The notes: a model not told the origin generated them from the sequence alone. A stretch of 64,000 bases of DNA from Desulfatiglandales bacterium (GCA_963666345.1 OY762721.1:1536001-1600000); one strand, 5' to 3'; positions 19,666 to 29,565 are shown, numbered from the stretch's first letter. Program-made: numbers and translations.

Positions 19666-20580
19666 ATGGCTATTCCAGATTATCAGACAATTATGCTTCC
19701 GTTGTTAAGATATGCCGGTGATGGTAAAGTGCATTCAAAACATGAAGCTGTAGAATATTTGGCCGACGAATTTGACCTCAATGAAAAAGAAAGAAAGGAA
19801 CTTCTACCAAGTGGTAAACAGGGGCTTTTCGATAATCGAGTAGCCTGGGCAAAGTCATACATTAAGCAAGCGAAGCTAATTAATGTTCCAAAGCGGGGAC
19901 TTTTTGTGATAACAGAACGCGGCAACCAGGTGCTTTCTGAAGGTCCTGAAAGAATCGATGTAAAATATCTCGAAAGATTTCCAGAATTCATTGAATTTCG
20001 GCAAAGAAAGAAGAAAAAAGACACTAAGGAAGTATTGCCAAAAAAAGACTTAAAGCTGGAAACCAATCCTGAGGAAGCCTTAGAAACAGCTTTTCAAGAA
20101 CTTGAAGACAATCTTTCCTCTGAACTACTTCAAACCATAAAAGATTGCTCTCCTGCTTTTTTTGAACGTCTTGTTGTTGATGTGCTTGTAAAAATGGGGT
20201 ATGGCGGGTCACGTAGGGAAGCGGGCAAAGCCATAGGAGCCAAAGGAGATGAAGGCATTGATGGCATCATTAAGGAAGACAAGCTCGGCCTTGATATCAT
20301 TTACATCCAGGCCAAACGGTGGCAAGGCTCAGTAGGCAGGCCGGAAATACAAAAGTTTGCCGGTGCCCTCCAAGGGCAACGTGCGCGAAAAGGTATATTC
20401 ATTACAACATCTGATTTCACCAAAGATGCTCAATCCTACGTCACAAACATTGAAAGCAAAATCATCCTAATAGGTGGCAACCGCCTGGCAGAACTCATGA
20501 TCGAACATAATGTAGGCGTCTCATCTGTTGCTTCATACGAAATCAAAAAAATCGACTCTGATTATTTCATTGAAGATTAG
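19666..20580 (+). CDS. mrr: Mrr type IV restriction endonuclease
   Basis: MAIPDYQTIMLPLL, NRVAWA, FFERLVVDVL, DEGIDG, IYIQAKRW, KGIFITTS. Confidence 0.95.
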   Translation: MAIPDYQTIMLPLLRYAGDGKVHSKHEAVEYLADEFDLNEKERKELLPSGKQGLFDNRVAWAKSYIKQAKLINVPKRGLFVITERGNQVLSEGPERIDVKYLERFPEFIEFRQRKKKKDTKEVLPKKDLKLETNPEEALETAFQELEDNLSSELLQTIKDCSPAFFERLVVDVLVKMGYGGSRREAGKAIGAKGDEGIDGIIKEDKLGLDIIYIQAKRWQGSVGRPEIQKFAGALQGQRARKGIFITTSDFTKDAQSYVTNIESKIILIGGNRLAELMIEHNVGVSSVASYEIKKIDSDYFIED

Positions 20581-20594
20581 TGAGGTGAAAGAGA

Positions 20595-20822
20595 ATGGCT
20601 ATTGTCAGAAAATTTGAGGGAATAAAGCTGGACAGGGATTCAAGACACACCGAAGTAAACTGTACCTATGCGATTGTCCAAGGTGAAGATGGGGAGAAAT
20701 ATCTTCAGATTGACACCTACGGCTCAGCATCCAGAAAATTCCCCGGGAAGAAAAGTCAATCCATCCGTTTCAGTCCTGAGGCGATTAAGCAACTAAAATC
20801 CATCATCAATTCTGAATTATAA
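20595..20822 (+). CDS. Small conserved protein typical of restriction/defence loci
   Basis: 75 aa; LQIDTYGS..R...GKKSQSIRF; own RBS (GAGGTG). Confidence 0.65.
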   Translation: MAIVRKFEGIKLDRDSRHTEVNCTYAIVQGEDGEKYLQIDTYGSASRKFPGKKSQSIRFSPEAIKQLKSIINSEL

Positions 20823-20952
20823 AGGTCTAACGGTTAATTCCGGACCGCGACAACGGGTAGAAGACAAAAAGCAAAAGCTCAAAATCAGGGTTGATTTTGG
20901 GTGTGGCCATTTTTGATACTGAAATGAACCTCCTAAGGATCGTGAGGAAGCC

Positions 20953-21885
20953 ATGAAAGGTTACATCGGTGTAACTGATAATGACTGGTTTTCGTTCCTT
21001 TCTAAGCAACCGGAAATTGATGAAGTCAATTTCTGGCAGCCTGGAGGTAAATCCCTTTTCAGATCCTTGAGCCTTGGTGAACCCTTTTTCTTTAAGCTCC
21101 ATTCTCCTTTAAATTTTATCGCCGGCGGCGGATTTTTCGCGCATAGCACCATCCTTCCGGTAAGTCTCGCCTGGCAGACATTTGAAATTAAAAACGGTGC
21201 AAAATCATATCTGCAGATACGACGGATGATAGAAAAATTCCGTCGCACCTCATCAAGATTTGAAGACTACAAGATCGGCTGCATCATACTGACGCAGCCT
21301 TTTTTCTTCCCCAAGGATCAATGGATTCCTATCCCACCTGATTTCAGTCTCAATATTGTCCAGGGAAAAACATACGATCTAACTCAGGGGCATGGAAGCC
21401 GCATCTGGAGCCAAGTAAAGGAAAGACTCTCCACCCTTCCCTTTTCGGGGTCAATTGAGAAGAACAAGGCGGAAGACATCACCCGCCGTTTCGGTACACC
21501 TACCCTGGTGGAACAAAGGCTTGGACAGGGAAGCTTCAGGGTCATTGTTACGGATGCCTATCAGAGAAAATGCGCTATTACTCATGAGAAAATCCTGCCT
21601 GCCCTTGAAGCGGCCCACATACAACCTTTCAGTGAAAATGGCCCTAATCGTGTTGATAACGGCCTTCTCCTTCGCTCTGATATCCACAGGCTTTTTGATG
21701 CGGGATATGTGACCGTAACAAAGGACTATCACTTTGAGGTAAGCAAAAGGGTGAAGGAAGAATTTGATAATGGTAAGCAATATCGGCAGTTCCACGGCAA
21801 CAGGATAAATCTTCCAAACAGATTCGAATCACAACCTGGACCTGATTTTTTATCCTGGCATAATGAAAATGTGTTTAGAGGATAG
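20953..21885 (+). CDS. HNH restriction-like endonuclease
   Basis: RLGQGSFR..VTDAY..CAIT..LEAAHI.P..NGLLLRSDIHRLFD. Confidence 0.92.
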   Translation: MKGYIGVTDNDWFSFLSKQPEIDEVNFWQPGGKSLFRSLSLGEPFFFKLHSPLNFIAGGGFFAHSTILPVSLAWQTFEIKNGAKSYLQIRRMIEKFRRTSSRFEDYKIGCIILTQPFFFPKDQWIPIPPDFSLNIVQGKTYDLTQGHGSRIWSQVKERLSTLPFSGSIEKNKAEDITRRFGTPTLVEQRLGQGSFRVIVTDAYQRKCAITHEKILPALEAAHIQPFSENGPNRVDNGLLLRSDIHRLFDAGYVTVTKDYHFEVSKRVKEEFDNGKQYRQFHGNRINLPNRFESQPGPDFLSWHNENVFRG

Positions 21886-22022
21886 AATTTCAGTCATTCA
21901 CCCATTAATTGCTTACGGTGAGCGTCAAATTTATTAAGAGGAAATGATGGAAAATTATTTCACAACATTTTAGGAAAATGTGTCCTTAAGTGAACAACAG
22001 GACATAAAGGAGAAGGTAGACG

Positions 22023-23897
22023 ATGGAAGTTAATCCTGAAAAACAAAATATTCACACGCTTTTTTCTACTACCAATTATCACATAGATTTTTATCAGCGT
22101 GAATACAAGTGGAAGGGAGATACCGTTCTGCAGTTGATAGATGATATCTTCTATCATTTTGATCAAAGTTACATAGAACATTCAAATCTCGATCCTTCCG
22201 AAGATAATGTTATGAAGAACTATGCATGGTATTATCTCAATACTTATATAACCAATAAAGCAGGCAATCGGATGTTTGTTGTAGATGGTCAGCAACGCCT
22301 TACAACGCTGACATTGATGCTTATTGCCCTTTACCATCTTTGCGCACCAGACAGGTTCAATTCTTCAGATTTAAGAGAATGGATCAAATCAAAAATTCTT
22401 GGTGTTGGAACAGGAGGGAAAAAGAAATTCTGGATGGCTCACGACAAGCGCGAGCCACTTATGAAGGCGTTATTTGATGGCAGTGAAGCTTCCGAAGATT
22501 TGTTGAGTGATGGAATCACAGCTCGTCACATCATAGAAAACTATGATTTAATTGTAAAAGAGCTTTCAAAGAGGCTGTCATCACGGCATAAAGTTGAGAC
22601 CTTTATTTTCTATTTTCTATGTATGGTCGTTATAATCAATCTGGACGTTGAAAGGACAGATGTACCCATGGTTTTTGAAGTAATTAATGATCGTGGCGTT
22701 AGACTTCAACCTTATGAAATCCTGAAAGGTAAATTGCTGGGAGATATCGATAAGAGTGAGGTCGATCAATATGCAGACATCTGGGATAACGCTCTCCACA
22801 AGATAGAGGTACGTGGGGAGGGAGAGGTCGATACATTTTTTAGAACATATCTACGTGCCCATTTTTCTGAAACAAGAAAACAAGGCCAAGCATTTGATGG
22901 CCCTTATCACAGGGCAATTTATGATCCATTATGTAATGAAACTTTACAATTGAAAAAGGATTCCTCATGTGTGAAGGATTTCCTAAAAGGCGCCTTCACA
23001 TACTATGCCCGATTGTACTTAAAAATTTCCAAGTTCGGGGACGATGAAACCTCCCCATTTCCTGAATGTTACTATAATTCTCAGCTTAATCGTATGGATG
23101 GACATATTATGCTGATAATGGCTGCATGCAGTGTGAACGATCCAGATGAAGACAATAAAATAGCAATTGTCAGTCGTGCATTTGACCGGGCATATGTAAT
23201 GCTACAGCTTAATCGGGCATACGACAGTAACCAGTTCCAAGAATTTCTATACACACTGCACCCTTTTTTACACGATTGTAAAATCGATGATATAGATAAA
23301 ATCATTAAAGAAAAGGTGCTAAATGAAATTCAAAAAAGGAGAAATACTGAAGTAACCACCTTGCTTGATTATCCACAGTTTAAGAGGGTGGGATACGGTG
23401 ACTATAATACTCGGTTCCTTCGATATTTCTTAACCAGAATAGAAATTTTTATATCAGAAGGACTTGGTAAAAAATTGCAAGACTCACTTTACAATTTCGT
23501 CTCAGGAACCGGTAAAAGTAATGCTTATCATGTTGAGCATATCCTTGCACGCAATGATGAAAGCCGGAGATTATTTTTAGATGATAAAGGAGAATGTGAC
23601 GAATCCCTTTTTGAGACCGAGCGTAATCGCTTTGGTGCTTTGCTATTGCTAAAAGGGCAGGATAATATGTCCTCGGGAAATGAAAGCTACTCAGATAAAA
23701 TTCGGACATATACCGGTAGTGCCCCTTATCTCGCTCAAACATTAGTTCCAGATTTTTATAAATCCCACTCAGGTGTGAAAAATTTTATTCAAAACTCGGG
23801 CCTAGAGTTCACTCCAACCGAGCGATTCACCCTAGAAACATTAGAAAAACGTTCTCAGTTGCTTTATGCCATCACCTGTAAAATATGGGATTTATAA
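22023..23897 (+). CDS. DUF262/DUF1524 (GmrSD-like) protein
   Basis: YQREYKW, VVDGQQRLTTL, FEVINDRGVRL, C-terminal VEHIL..N. Confidence 0.9.
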   Translation: MEVNPEKQNIHTLFSTTNYHIDFYQREYKWKGDTVLQLIDDIFYHFDQSYIEHSNLDPSEDNVMKNYAWYYLNTYITNKAGNRMFVVDGQQRLTTLTLMLIALYHLCAPDRFNSSDLREWIKSKILGVGTGGKKKFWMAHDKREPLMKALFDGSEASEDLLSDGITARHIIENYDLIVKELSKRLSSRHKVETFIFYFLCMVVIINLDVERTDVPMVFEVINDRGVRLQPYEILKGKLLGDIDKSEVDQYADIWDNALHKIEVRGEGEVDTFFRTYLRAHFSETRKQGQAFDGPYHRAIYDPLCNETLQLKKDSSCVKDFLKGAFTYYARLYLKISKFGDDETSPFPECYYNSQLNRMDGHIMLIMAACSVNDPDEDNKIAIVSRAFDRAYVMLQLNRAYDSNQFQEFLYTLHPFLHDCKIDDIDKIIKEKVLNEIQKRRNTEVTTLLDYPQFKRVGYGDYNTRFLRYFLTRIEIFISEGLGKKLQDSLYNFVSGTGKSNAYHVEHILARNDESRRLFLDDKGECDESLFETERNRFGALLLLKGQDNMSSGNESYSDKIRTYTGSAPYLAQTLVPDFYKSHSGVKNFIQNSGLEFTPTERFTLETLEKRSQLLYAITCKIWDL

Positions 23898-24059
23898 AGA
23901 AGGTAATTTATCTAGCCAGTAAAAATGGGACTGAGAGGGGTCATATCTCTTTTTGGCTCCTGCGGTCCCTCAGGTTTTTGGGACGTAGGGACATTCGTCT
24001 ATAAGAAAGTAATTCAACATACAATGAAGGGAAAAGGGTCACACAACACTCTTGACAGC

Positions 24060-24243
24060 ATGACAGACATTGACCAAAGAGTTCGAATTGCGGCTTTTAA
24101 GTGGCTGGATGAGCAGGTCGGCATCCATGGTGACGTATTGCCTCGTTCGCTCCTTGCCCAGGGCTTTATATTCAATGGACAGCGGGTCCCCTTGGTTGCG
24201 CCTACAGGAATATTCAAACCCAGGGTTCTTCCACAAATGGATT
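24060..24243 (+). pseudogene. 5' fragment of an HNH restriction endonuclease, ending at motif R1
   Basis: MTDIDQRVRIAAFKWL..GDVLPRSLLAQGFIFNGQRVPLVAPTGIFKPR; stop falls inside the motif boundary. Confidence 0.65.
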
Positions 24244-24274
24244 AGGGGGACGCCCATGAAATTATCAGTTTCTC
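24244..24274 (-). repeat. Cassette-delimiting motif copy R1
   Basis: Exact reverse complement of L2. Confidence 0.95.
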
Positions 24275-24378
24275 ATTCCATATTTATTTAAACAGTCTCG
24301 GATAAAGGTAGGGAGCAGGGATTATATCTCTATTTGGCTCTTGCAGAACTACGGATTGCGGGGAACGGCTTTTAAATA

Positions 24379-24672
24379 TCACTTTTCAGGGGCAGCCGAC
24401 TCTCTTTCCTTTTCTATTTTTTCGTGCAGCCAGAGAGCCATAAGCTGTGTGTGGGGGATTCCCTTTTTACGGGCAAGACGTTTTATAATTGAGATATCAA
24501 ACGGATCCATGCGAATGGAAACCGGCTGACGGGGAGGCCGTTTGGCCTTGAAAAGTTCAGCCCCGCTGAGCTGTTTTTCGACATCCTCGACACTTTCTCC
24601 GGCAACAGCCCTATCCCACTGTTCCGCCTCTTCACGGATCTTGTTTCTTATTTCTTTTGGAAGTCTGCTCAT
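24379..24672 (-). CDS. CopG/BrnA-like antitoxin
   Basis: EEAEQWD, PVSIRMDPFDISIIKRLARKKGIPHTQL (RHH). Confidence 0.8.
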   Translation of the reverse strand: MSRLPKEIRNKIREEAEQWDRAVAGESVEDVEKQLSGAELFKAKRPPRQPVSIRMDPFDISIIKRLARKKGIPHTQLMALWLHEKIEKERESAAPEK

Positions 24673-24989
24673 TTTCCAATCCTTTTAAAATAAACTCTTT
24701 TAGTGGAATCCGACATGTGAAAGGCCGTTACACATCGCCACAAACCATACTGGGGATACGGGGCCACAATCACTTCAATGCATAACCCGGAGGAATCCGT
24801 GCCCCATAAGCGGTATCTAAATTCGATGGATTTCCCGGATTTTTTTCTGTTTTTGACAGCAAAGGTAGGAAACGGCCCTTCGCTGTAATAGACCTCTTCC
24901 ACCTGTTCGGGATGTATCCCATGAACAGCAATGTGATTTATGTTATCCTCATCCCGGTCAGGCACAAGAGATGGATCCGGTCTGATCAT
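24669..24989 (-). CDS. BrnT-like toxin
   Basis: DEDNINHIAVHGIHPEQVEEV..RYRLWG..RCVTA; overlaps the antitoxin; inverted repeat ACGTAAT/ATTACGT upstream. Confidence 0.75.
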   Translation of the reverse strand: MIRPDPSLVPDRDEDNINHIAVHGIHPEQVEEVYYSEGPFPTFAVKNRKKSGKSIEFRYRLWGTDSSGLCIEVIVAPYPQYGLWRCVTAFHMSDSTKRVYFKRIGK

Positions 24990-25057
24990 GCAAAAAATAA
25001 TAACGTAATTTTTTGATTACGTCAAGCCTCCCTCTATGTAATATATACCCATCTATC

Positions 25058-25088
25058 AGGGGGACGCCCATGAAATTATCAGTTTCTT
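25058..25088 (-). repeat. Cassette-delimiting motif copy R2
   Basis: AGGGGGACGCCCATGAAATTATCAGTTTCTT. Confidence 0.95.
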
Positions 25089-25170
25089 TGAATCGCCATA
25101 CCTGAAAATCTCTGCTTGAGGCCGGATGTTTCTTGACTCAATACCATTCAATTTTATTCTATATACCCCT

Positions 25171-25839
25171 TTAAAGTCCCAAAAGTTTTTTTGACAAACT
25201 GTGCAATTCTGAATTTGCAAGCGCAACCACCTTCTTTTTTACTCTCCGGGAGTAATATTCCTGTTCTGTCTTTGTGAGGGGAAGGCCTTCAAGTTTCTTT
25301 TTAAACAGCTCCTTTTGTTTTGGAGAAAATATTTGCGAAAGGGCATACTCCAGGGATAATTCTTCATATTTTGCTGTCCTCTGTTTGTCCTTTTCTGCCT
25401 TCTTTTCAAAATAGAGTTCGAATAACCCTTTCACACGCTCTGCATTAAGCTTGATGTCGCTGAATTCCAGAGTCTGGTTATGTGCTAAACGATTCCTCAA
25501 TTTCCTGACCAGTGTCTTATCTTCATCTGTAAACTTGTTTTTCAGGCTGTTCCACCAGGGAAAGGAAAGGTGGTAAAAGGAATATAGCGATCCGGAAAAC
25601 AGTATCAAATGATGAAATCGAAGCTTCTGTTCTTTTGTAGTTAACTGCTCTTCTACCTGTCCCGGATCAAACTGATAGCTTTCAGCAGCATTTGCCAGCA
25701 ATACAGGAAAACCTTCCCATAATCTGGTATCACACTCCCTGACTACTCTTGCCAGGGTTTCCCTGGCATCAAAGTCTTCTTCCGGCTCCAGCATGGGAAA
25801 ACCCAGTTTTGATAAGCTGGTCAAAAACTTACTGTCATT
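25171..25839 (-). CDS. Hypothetical protein, partner of the nucleotidyltransferase
   Basis: ORF coupled to the upstream NTase; RLWEGFPVLL, FSPKQKEL..LTKTEQEYYSR. Confidence 0.7.
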   Translation of the reverse strand, partial: NDSKFLTSLSKLGFPMLEPEEDFDARETLARVVRECDTRLWEGFPVLLANAAESYQFDPGQVEEQLTTKEQKLRFHHLILFSGSLYSFYHLSFPWWNSLKNKFTDEDKTLVRKLRNRLAHNQTLEFSDIKLNAERVKGLFELYFEKKAEKDKQRTAKYEELSLEYALSQIFSPKQKELFKKKLEGLPLTKTEQEYYSRRVKKKVVALANSELHSLSKKLLGL

Positions 25840-26422
25840 CATAAAGCCCCTCTCTTCGTAACAATTCGAGGAAGTGGTCAATGTTCGGCCTCAATCGATC
25901 TTCTCCCACATCGTAACCAACCAATTCATGAAAATGCGCGATAAGCTTTTCTATATCGATCTCCTTTTGCCGGTACTCCACTAACCTCAGACAGTCTTCG
26001 AAATCAACATTGGTTCCCCTCATCAATTTGCTGGAAATCAGGTCATAATCATTGAGGATGCCGATATAAAGATAAGAAAATTCCTTAAGTATAGAATGCC
26101 TGCCCATCTCAAGAGGGTTAACAAGCAGTTCTGTCGTGTGAATCCGATTACCCTGGAAAAGATCGAAGCGAAAATTCTCTCCGGCTCGTTGCCACCCTGA
26201 ACCTGTTATCTGCTTGTACCCCAGGTCCTTTAATTGTTTCGTCAGGTAAGCATATTCTCTAGCCATGGGAACCATAAAATCCACATCTTTGGTCGAGGGT
26301 TTGATCCCAATCAGAGTCATTGCCGTTCCACCGCAGGCAATGAGTTGTACTTTTCGCCTGAGGAAGCGATTCCAATCTTCCATGATATCAAGAAGCCGAT
26401 CTTTACCTAACCTATATTTCAC
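25835..26422 (-). CDS. AbiEii/DUF6036-like nucleotidyltransferase
   Basis: CGGTAM....KPSTKDVDF, SKLMRG..DFED. Confidence 0.75.
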   Translation of the reverse strand: MKYRLGKDRLLDIMEDWNRFLRRKVQLIACGGTAMTLIGIKPSTKDVDFMVPMAREYAYLTKQLKDLGYKQITGSGWQRAGENFRFDLFQGNRIHTTELLVNPLEMGRHSILKEFSYLYIGILNDYDLISSKLMRGTNVDFEDCLRLVEYRQKEIDIEKLIAHFHELVGYDVGEDRLRPNIDHFLELLRREGLYE

Positions 26423-26721
26423 TTGTATTAAAACCTACAAATTGTTGTCATTATATAATCATTTTATTGTACTATATGATACAAATTAAACTAATTTTTG
26501 TCAACAAATACACTCAGATATTTTTAGCAGCAATATTTCATGAAATTATTCCGGATTCCTTGATGGCGAAAACCTGTAATTTTAGATTTTTAACTAATTT
26601 GTAATATTATAATCAGTTTATTGTATATTTTAATTCAATTATTTGTACGATATAATACAATTTAATATAAGAACAAGCCGTGTAACCAAAGAAGAGGGTC
26701 ACATCTTGATTTGCCAGGATT

Positions 26722-26752
26722 AGAGGGACGCCCATGAAATTATCAGTTTCTC
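26722..26752 (-). repeat. Cassette-delimiting motif copy R3
   Basis: AGAGGGACGCCCATGAAATTATCAGTTTCTC (1 mismatch to L2). Confidence 0.95.
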
Positions 26753-27021
26753 ACGGGGTTTTCGCTGATTGGAAATGACTTTCGAGAAATCACATGGGCG
26801 GAACAATACAGCCAAAGGGAACTAAAGGAAGTCTCAAATGGATTCAGCATGTGGTTAATGACTTTCCATACGTGTTGAGCAGGCCCTTAATTGATGCAAT
26901 TGTATGATATGAGGGACGTTATCGGCTATCGTGACAAACTCCCGATGAAAAAATGATAAAATTGTTATCACGGTTCACTCTGAGGTGTATAATAGAGTTT
27001 TTATAAAGGGAGGATAATAAA

Positions 27022-27312
27022 ATGGCACAAGATCCGGGAATAGGTAAAAAAGTTGTGGCCACAATTACAGGTGTAAATGGTGAATGCAGTGCCGGGCATA
27101 AGGCAGGCGATACCTTTACGATCAGCTGCCATAATCCCGCCGGGCTGTGTGGTTTCTTTTATCACGATATTTTCCCCAGCCTTTCCACGTTCCAGTTCGG
27201 GGGCTCTCTGCCGTGGTGGAAAGGCGATACGATTGAGCTCCAATGTCCCGATAATAACATTGTCACGTTAAAATTGGAGAGATTCGAGAGGAAGTGGTGT
27301 AACAAAGTTTAG
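27022..27312 (+). CDS. TIGR04076-like Cys-rich small protein
   Basis: GECSAGHKAGD, GLCG..YH, QCPD. Confidence 0.75.
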   Translation: MAQDPGIGKKVVATITGVNGECSAGHKAGDTFTISCHNPAGLCGFFYHDIFPSLSTFQFGGSLPWWKGDTIELQCPDNNIVTLKLERFERKWCNKV

Positions 27313-27493
27313 GCCCGCTTATTTTGAGGATAAGGACGCTGAAAACTGAAAGAGGAGGTGCTTATTGAGAGATGCCTGAACCGTAGAGGGGGACGTAGGG
27401 TCCGAAACAACCTATGAAAATTCATTACGAATTGCCCTCTTTCCTCTCCGTCTCAGACATGACGGGCCAAAGGCGTTTACAGAAAAATCAGCT

Positions 27494-28135
27494 ATGGGAA
27501 AAGAATATGACATCGTAGCAAAGTTTTATGACCCTTTGCTTTATTTTTTCATGAAGCCCGTAAGAAAGGCGTTACTGAATGAACTCCTGACGCACAAGGA
27601 TAAAGCCATTCTGGATATCTGCTGCGGCACAGGCAATCAAGTAAAGCTTCTGGCAGAACACGGGTTCACTAATCTTCATTGTCTGGATTCATCCGCTTCT
27701 ATGCTGGAAATAGCAAAAAAGTCCGATTATCCTATCCACATCTATAATCAAGACGCTACAAAAACAAATTTTGATAATGAATCTTTTGATGTCGCGATTA
27801 TCAGTTTCGCGCTCCATGAAAAAGACAGAACCACCCAGGAAAACTTCATCAAAGAAACCCATAGACTGTTAAAGAATGACGGCATTTTACTGGTTGTTGA
27901 TTTTGCCTTTGATGAGTTAACTGCTATATTCAGTAAAATCGGAATAATTCTCGTGGAAAGACTGGCAGGCGGGGAGCACTATTCGTATTTCAAGAGCTAC
28001 ATCCAAAATAATGGCCTGTCAAGCTTGATTAAAGAAGATAAATTTATACTCATAAAAAATTTTCGAAAGCTTTTCGCTGGAGTCATCGTATCATTATATC
28101 GGAAAGTTCAGGACATAGATGCATTCTGTTTGTAA
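27494..28135 (+). CDS. Class I SAM-dependent methyltransferase (UbiE-like)
   Basis: ILDICCGTG, FDVAIISFALHE. Confidence 0.88.
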   Translation: MGKEYDIVAKFYDPLLYFFMKPVRKALLNELLTHKDKAILDICCGTGNQVKLLAEHGFTNLHCLDSSASMLEIAKKSDYPIHIYNQDATKTNFDNESFDVAIISFALHEKDRTTQENFIKETHRLLKNDGILLVVDFAFDELTAIFSKIGIILVERLAGGEHYSYFKSYIQNNGLSSLIKEDKFILIKNFRKLFAGVIVSLYRKVQDIDAFCL

Positions 28136-28200
28136 ATGGGGGCATCCGTAAATAAGTAAACAACTCAAAATAGCGCGCATCCATAACCATTTACTTGGGC

Positions 28201-28374
28201 TTAGGTAGTTTCCATCCAGAAATGAATCATTTCTGAATGTTGCCTTCAGCCGTCAGCTATCAGCAGGTAGCCAACAAATTTATATCTCAACTGTTTTACT
28301 GAGCGCTGAGAGCTGATTGCTGATAGCGTGAGTCCGTAAATCTTGATTTATGGATGAGCACTAGGTAGTAGGAC
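28201..28374. repeat. Palindromic heptamer-repeat element (copy 2)
   Basis: TAGTTTCCATCCAGAAAT ... ATTTATGGATGAGCACTAG ends; internal TCAGCCGTCAGCTATCAGC / GCTGAGAGCTGATTGCTGA. Confidence 0.7.
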
Positions 28375-28422
28375 CCTCCAGAGGCAGGGAAATAGTTTAT
28401 CAATAATTGAAAGGAGGAAAAA

Positions 28423-28749
28423 ATGGAGAAAAAATGGACCTACAAAAATTATGAGATTGAAGAAGGATTAAGACCCGGGAGTTCAAAGTTTCAATATTTT
28501 TTCGTTGTTTCCGAAAAGGGTGTGAAAAAGAGTAATTACTGTGTCTGGTTAAAGGATGATGCTTTATCCCGTTTTGATCAATCTGAAAATTTTGATACGA
28601 TTATCTCGTCTCAAAGAGAAAACTGGGTCAAATGGATTAAGGAAAAAATTGATGCGCAGGATTTTCAAAATCGCGCTTTAAAATTTGATAAGACAGGTGA
28701 AATGGAGATAAACCTGTCTGAAATGAAGGAACATATCACCATGGATTAA
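28423..28749 (+). CDS. Hypothetical protein
   Basis: 108-aa ORF with strong RBS AAGGAGG. Confidence 0.7.
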   Translation: MEKKWTYKNYEIEEGLRPGSSKFQYFFVVSEKGVKKSNYCVWLKDDALSRFDQSENFDTIISSQRENWVKWIKEKIDAQDFQNRALKFDKTGEMEINLSEMKEHITMD

Positions 28750-28853
28750 AAACCGCGGATTCGGAAAGGGGTCAGATCTACGCTTGACTGTTGCCGGCTT
28801 TTAAAAAGGTGACGCCCTCAAATAACTCAAGATAGAATGAAAGACCGCAGATT

Positions 28854-28884
28854 AGGGGGACGCCCATGATTTTATGCTTTTCTC
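28854..28884 (-). repeat. Cassette-delimiting motif copy R4
   Basis: Exact reverse complement of L3. Confidence 0.95.
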
Positions 28885-28933
28885 TTATAGGAAAGAAGCA
28901 GCCATATAAGATTCAGCCAACCATGTCTCATAC

Positions 28934-29545
28934 CTATGGATGGGGTATTATCATTTCTTTTGTGTCTTCGACAAGTTGTATCAGGCAGCCTACTGCCTCT
29001 TTAATCGCCTCTTTCGGGTCAACTCCCAATGATTCTGCATTGAGCGTGTTATTTAAATAGTATTTGACCAGATAATTCTTGTCGTCTTCATCAGGAAAGA
29101 CATGATACCTTTCAAGTAACTCCGACTTCCTTTTCTCAGTAACGGCACGCAGTCTGTCTTCCCATTTCTGTATCTTCTGTTTCATGTTCTTGGGCGTTTT
29201 ATCAGGCAGGTTGTAATAGAGGTAGGCCCAAAGACCGTCTTCCCTATTTTCCGCCGTAAGGGAGTCCCAGTTGAAATATTCAATCCCGTAAAAAAGACCC
29301 ATCTCATGCTTTCCGTCATAATATTGCTTAGGGGTCAAGGTAACTTCATCTTCATTTTCTTCATATTCCCATTCTATCTCACCATGAAAAGGCATCTCAT
29401 TTATTCTTCGCCCCAGTTCCCTGAAAACTTCACTTCTCAGCCAGTCAGGAACCCGCTTTTCCGCTTGAGAACAACTTTCCTTCAAGGCTTCCACGGCCTT
29501 GAGGTTTTTTACAATAAAGTCACATTCCTGGTTGACAATAATCAT
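28934..29545 (-). CDS. Hypothetical protein
   Basis: 203-aa ORF with RBS AAGGAG, in an operon with the upstream gene. Confidence 0.7.
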   Translation of the reverse strand: MIIVNQECDFIVKNLKAVEALKESCSQAEKRVPDWLRSEVFRELGRRINEMPFHGEIEWEYEENEDEVTLTPKQYYDGKHEMGLFYGIEYFNWDSLTAENREDGLWAYLYYNLPDKTPKNMKQKIQKWEDRLRAVTEKRKSELLERYHVFPDEDDKNYLVKYYLNNTLNAESLGVDPKEAIKEAVGCLIQLVEDTKEMIIPHP

Positions 29546-29565
29546 ATCTATTCTCCTTACCTGTT

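Noticed and set aside
28805..28830. AGGTGACGCCCTCAAATAA as another motif copy
   Set aside because: Too short and degenerate to count.
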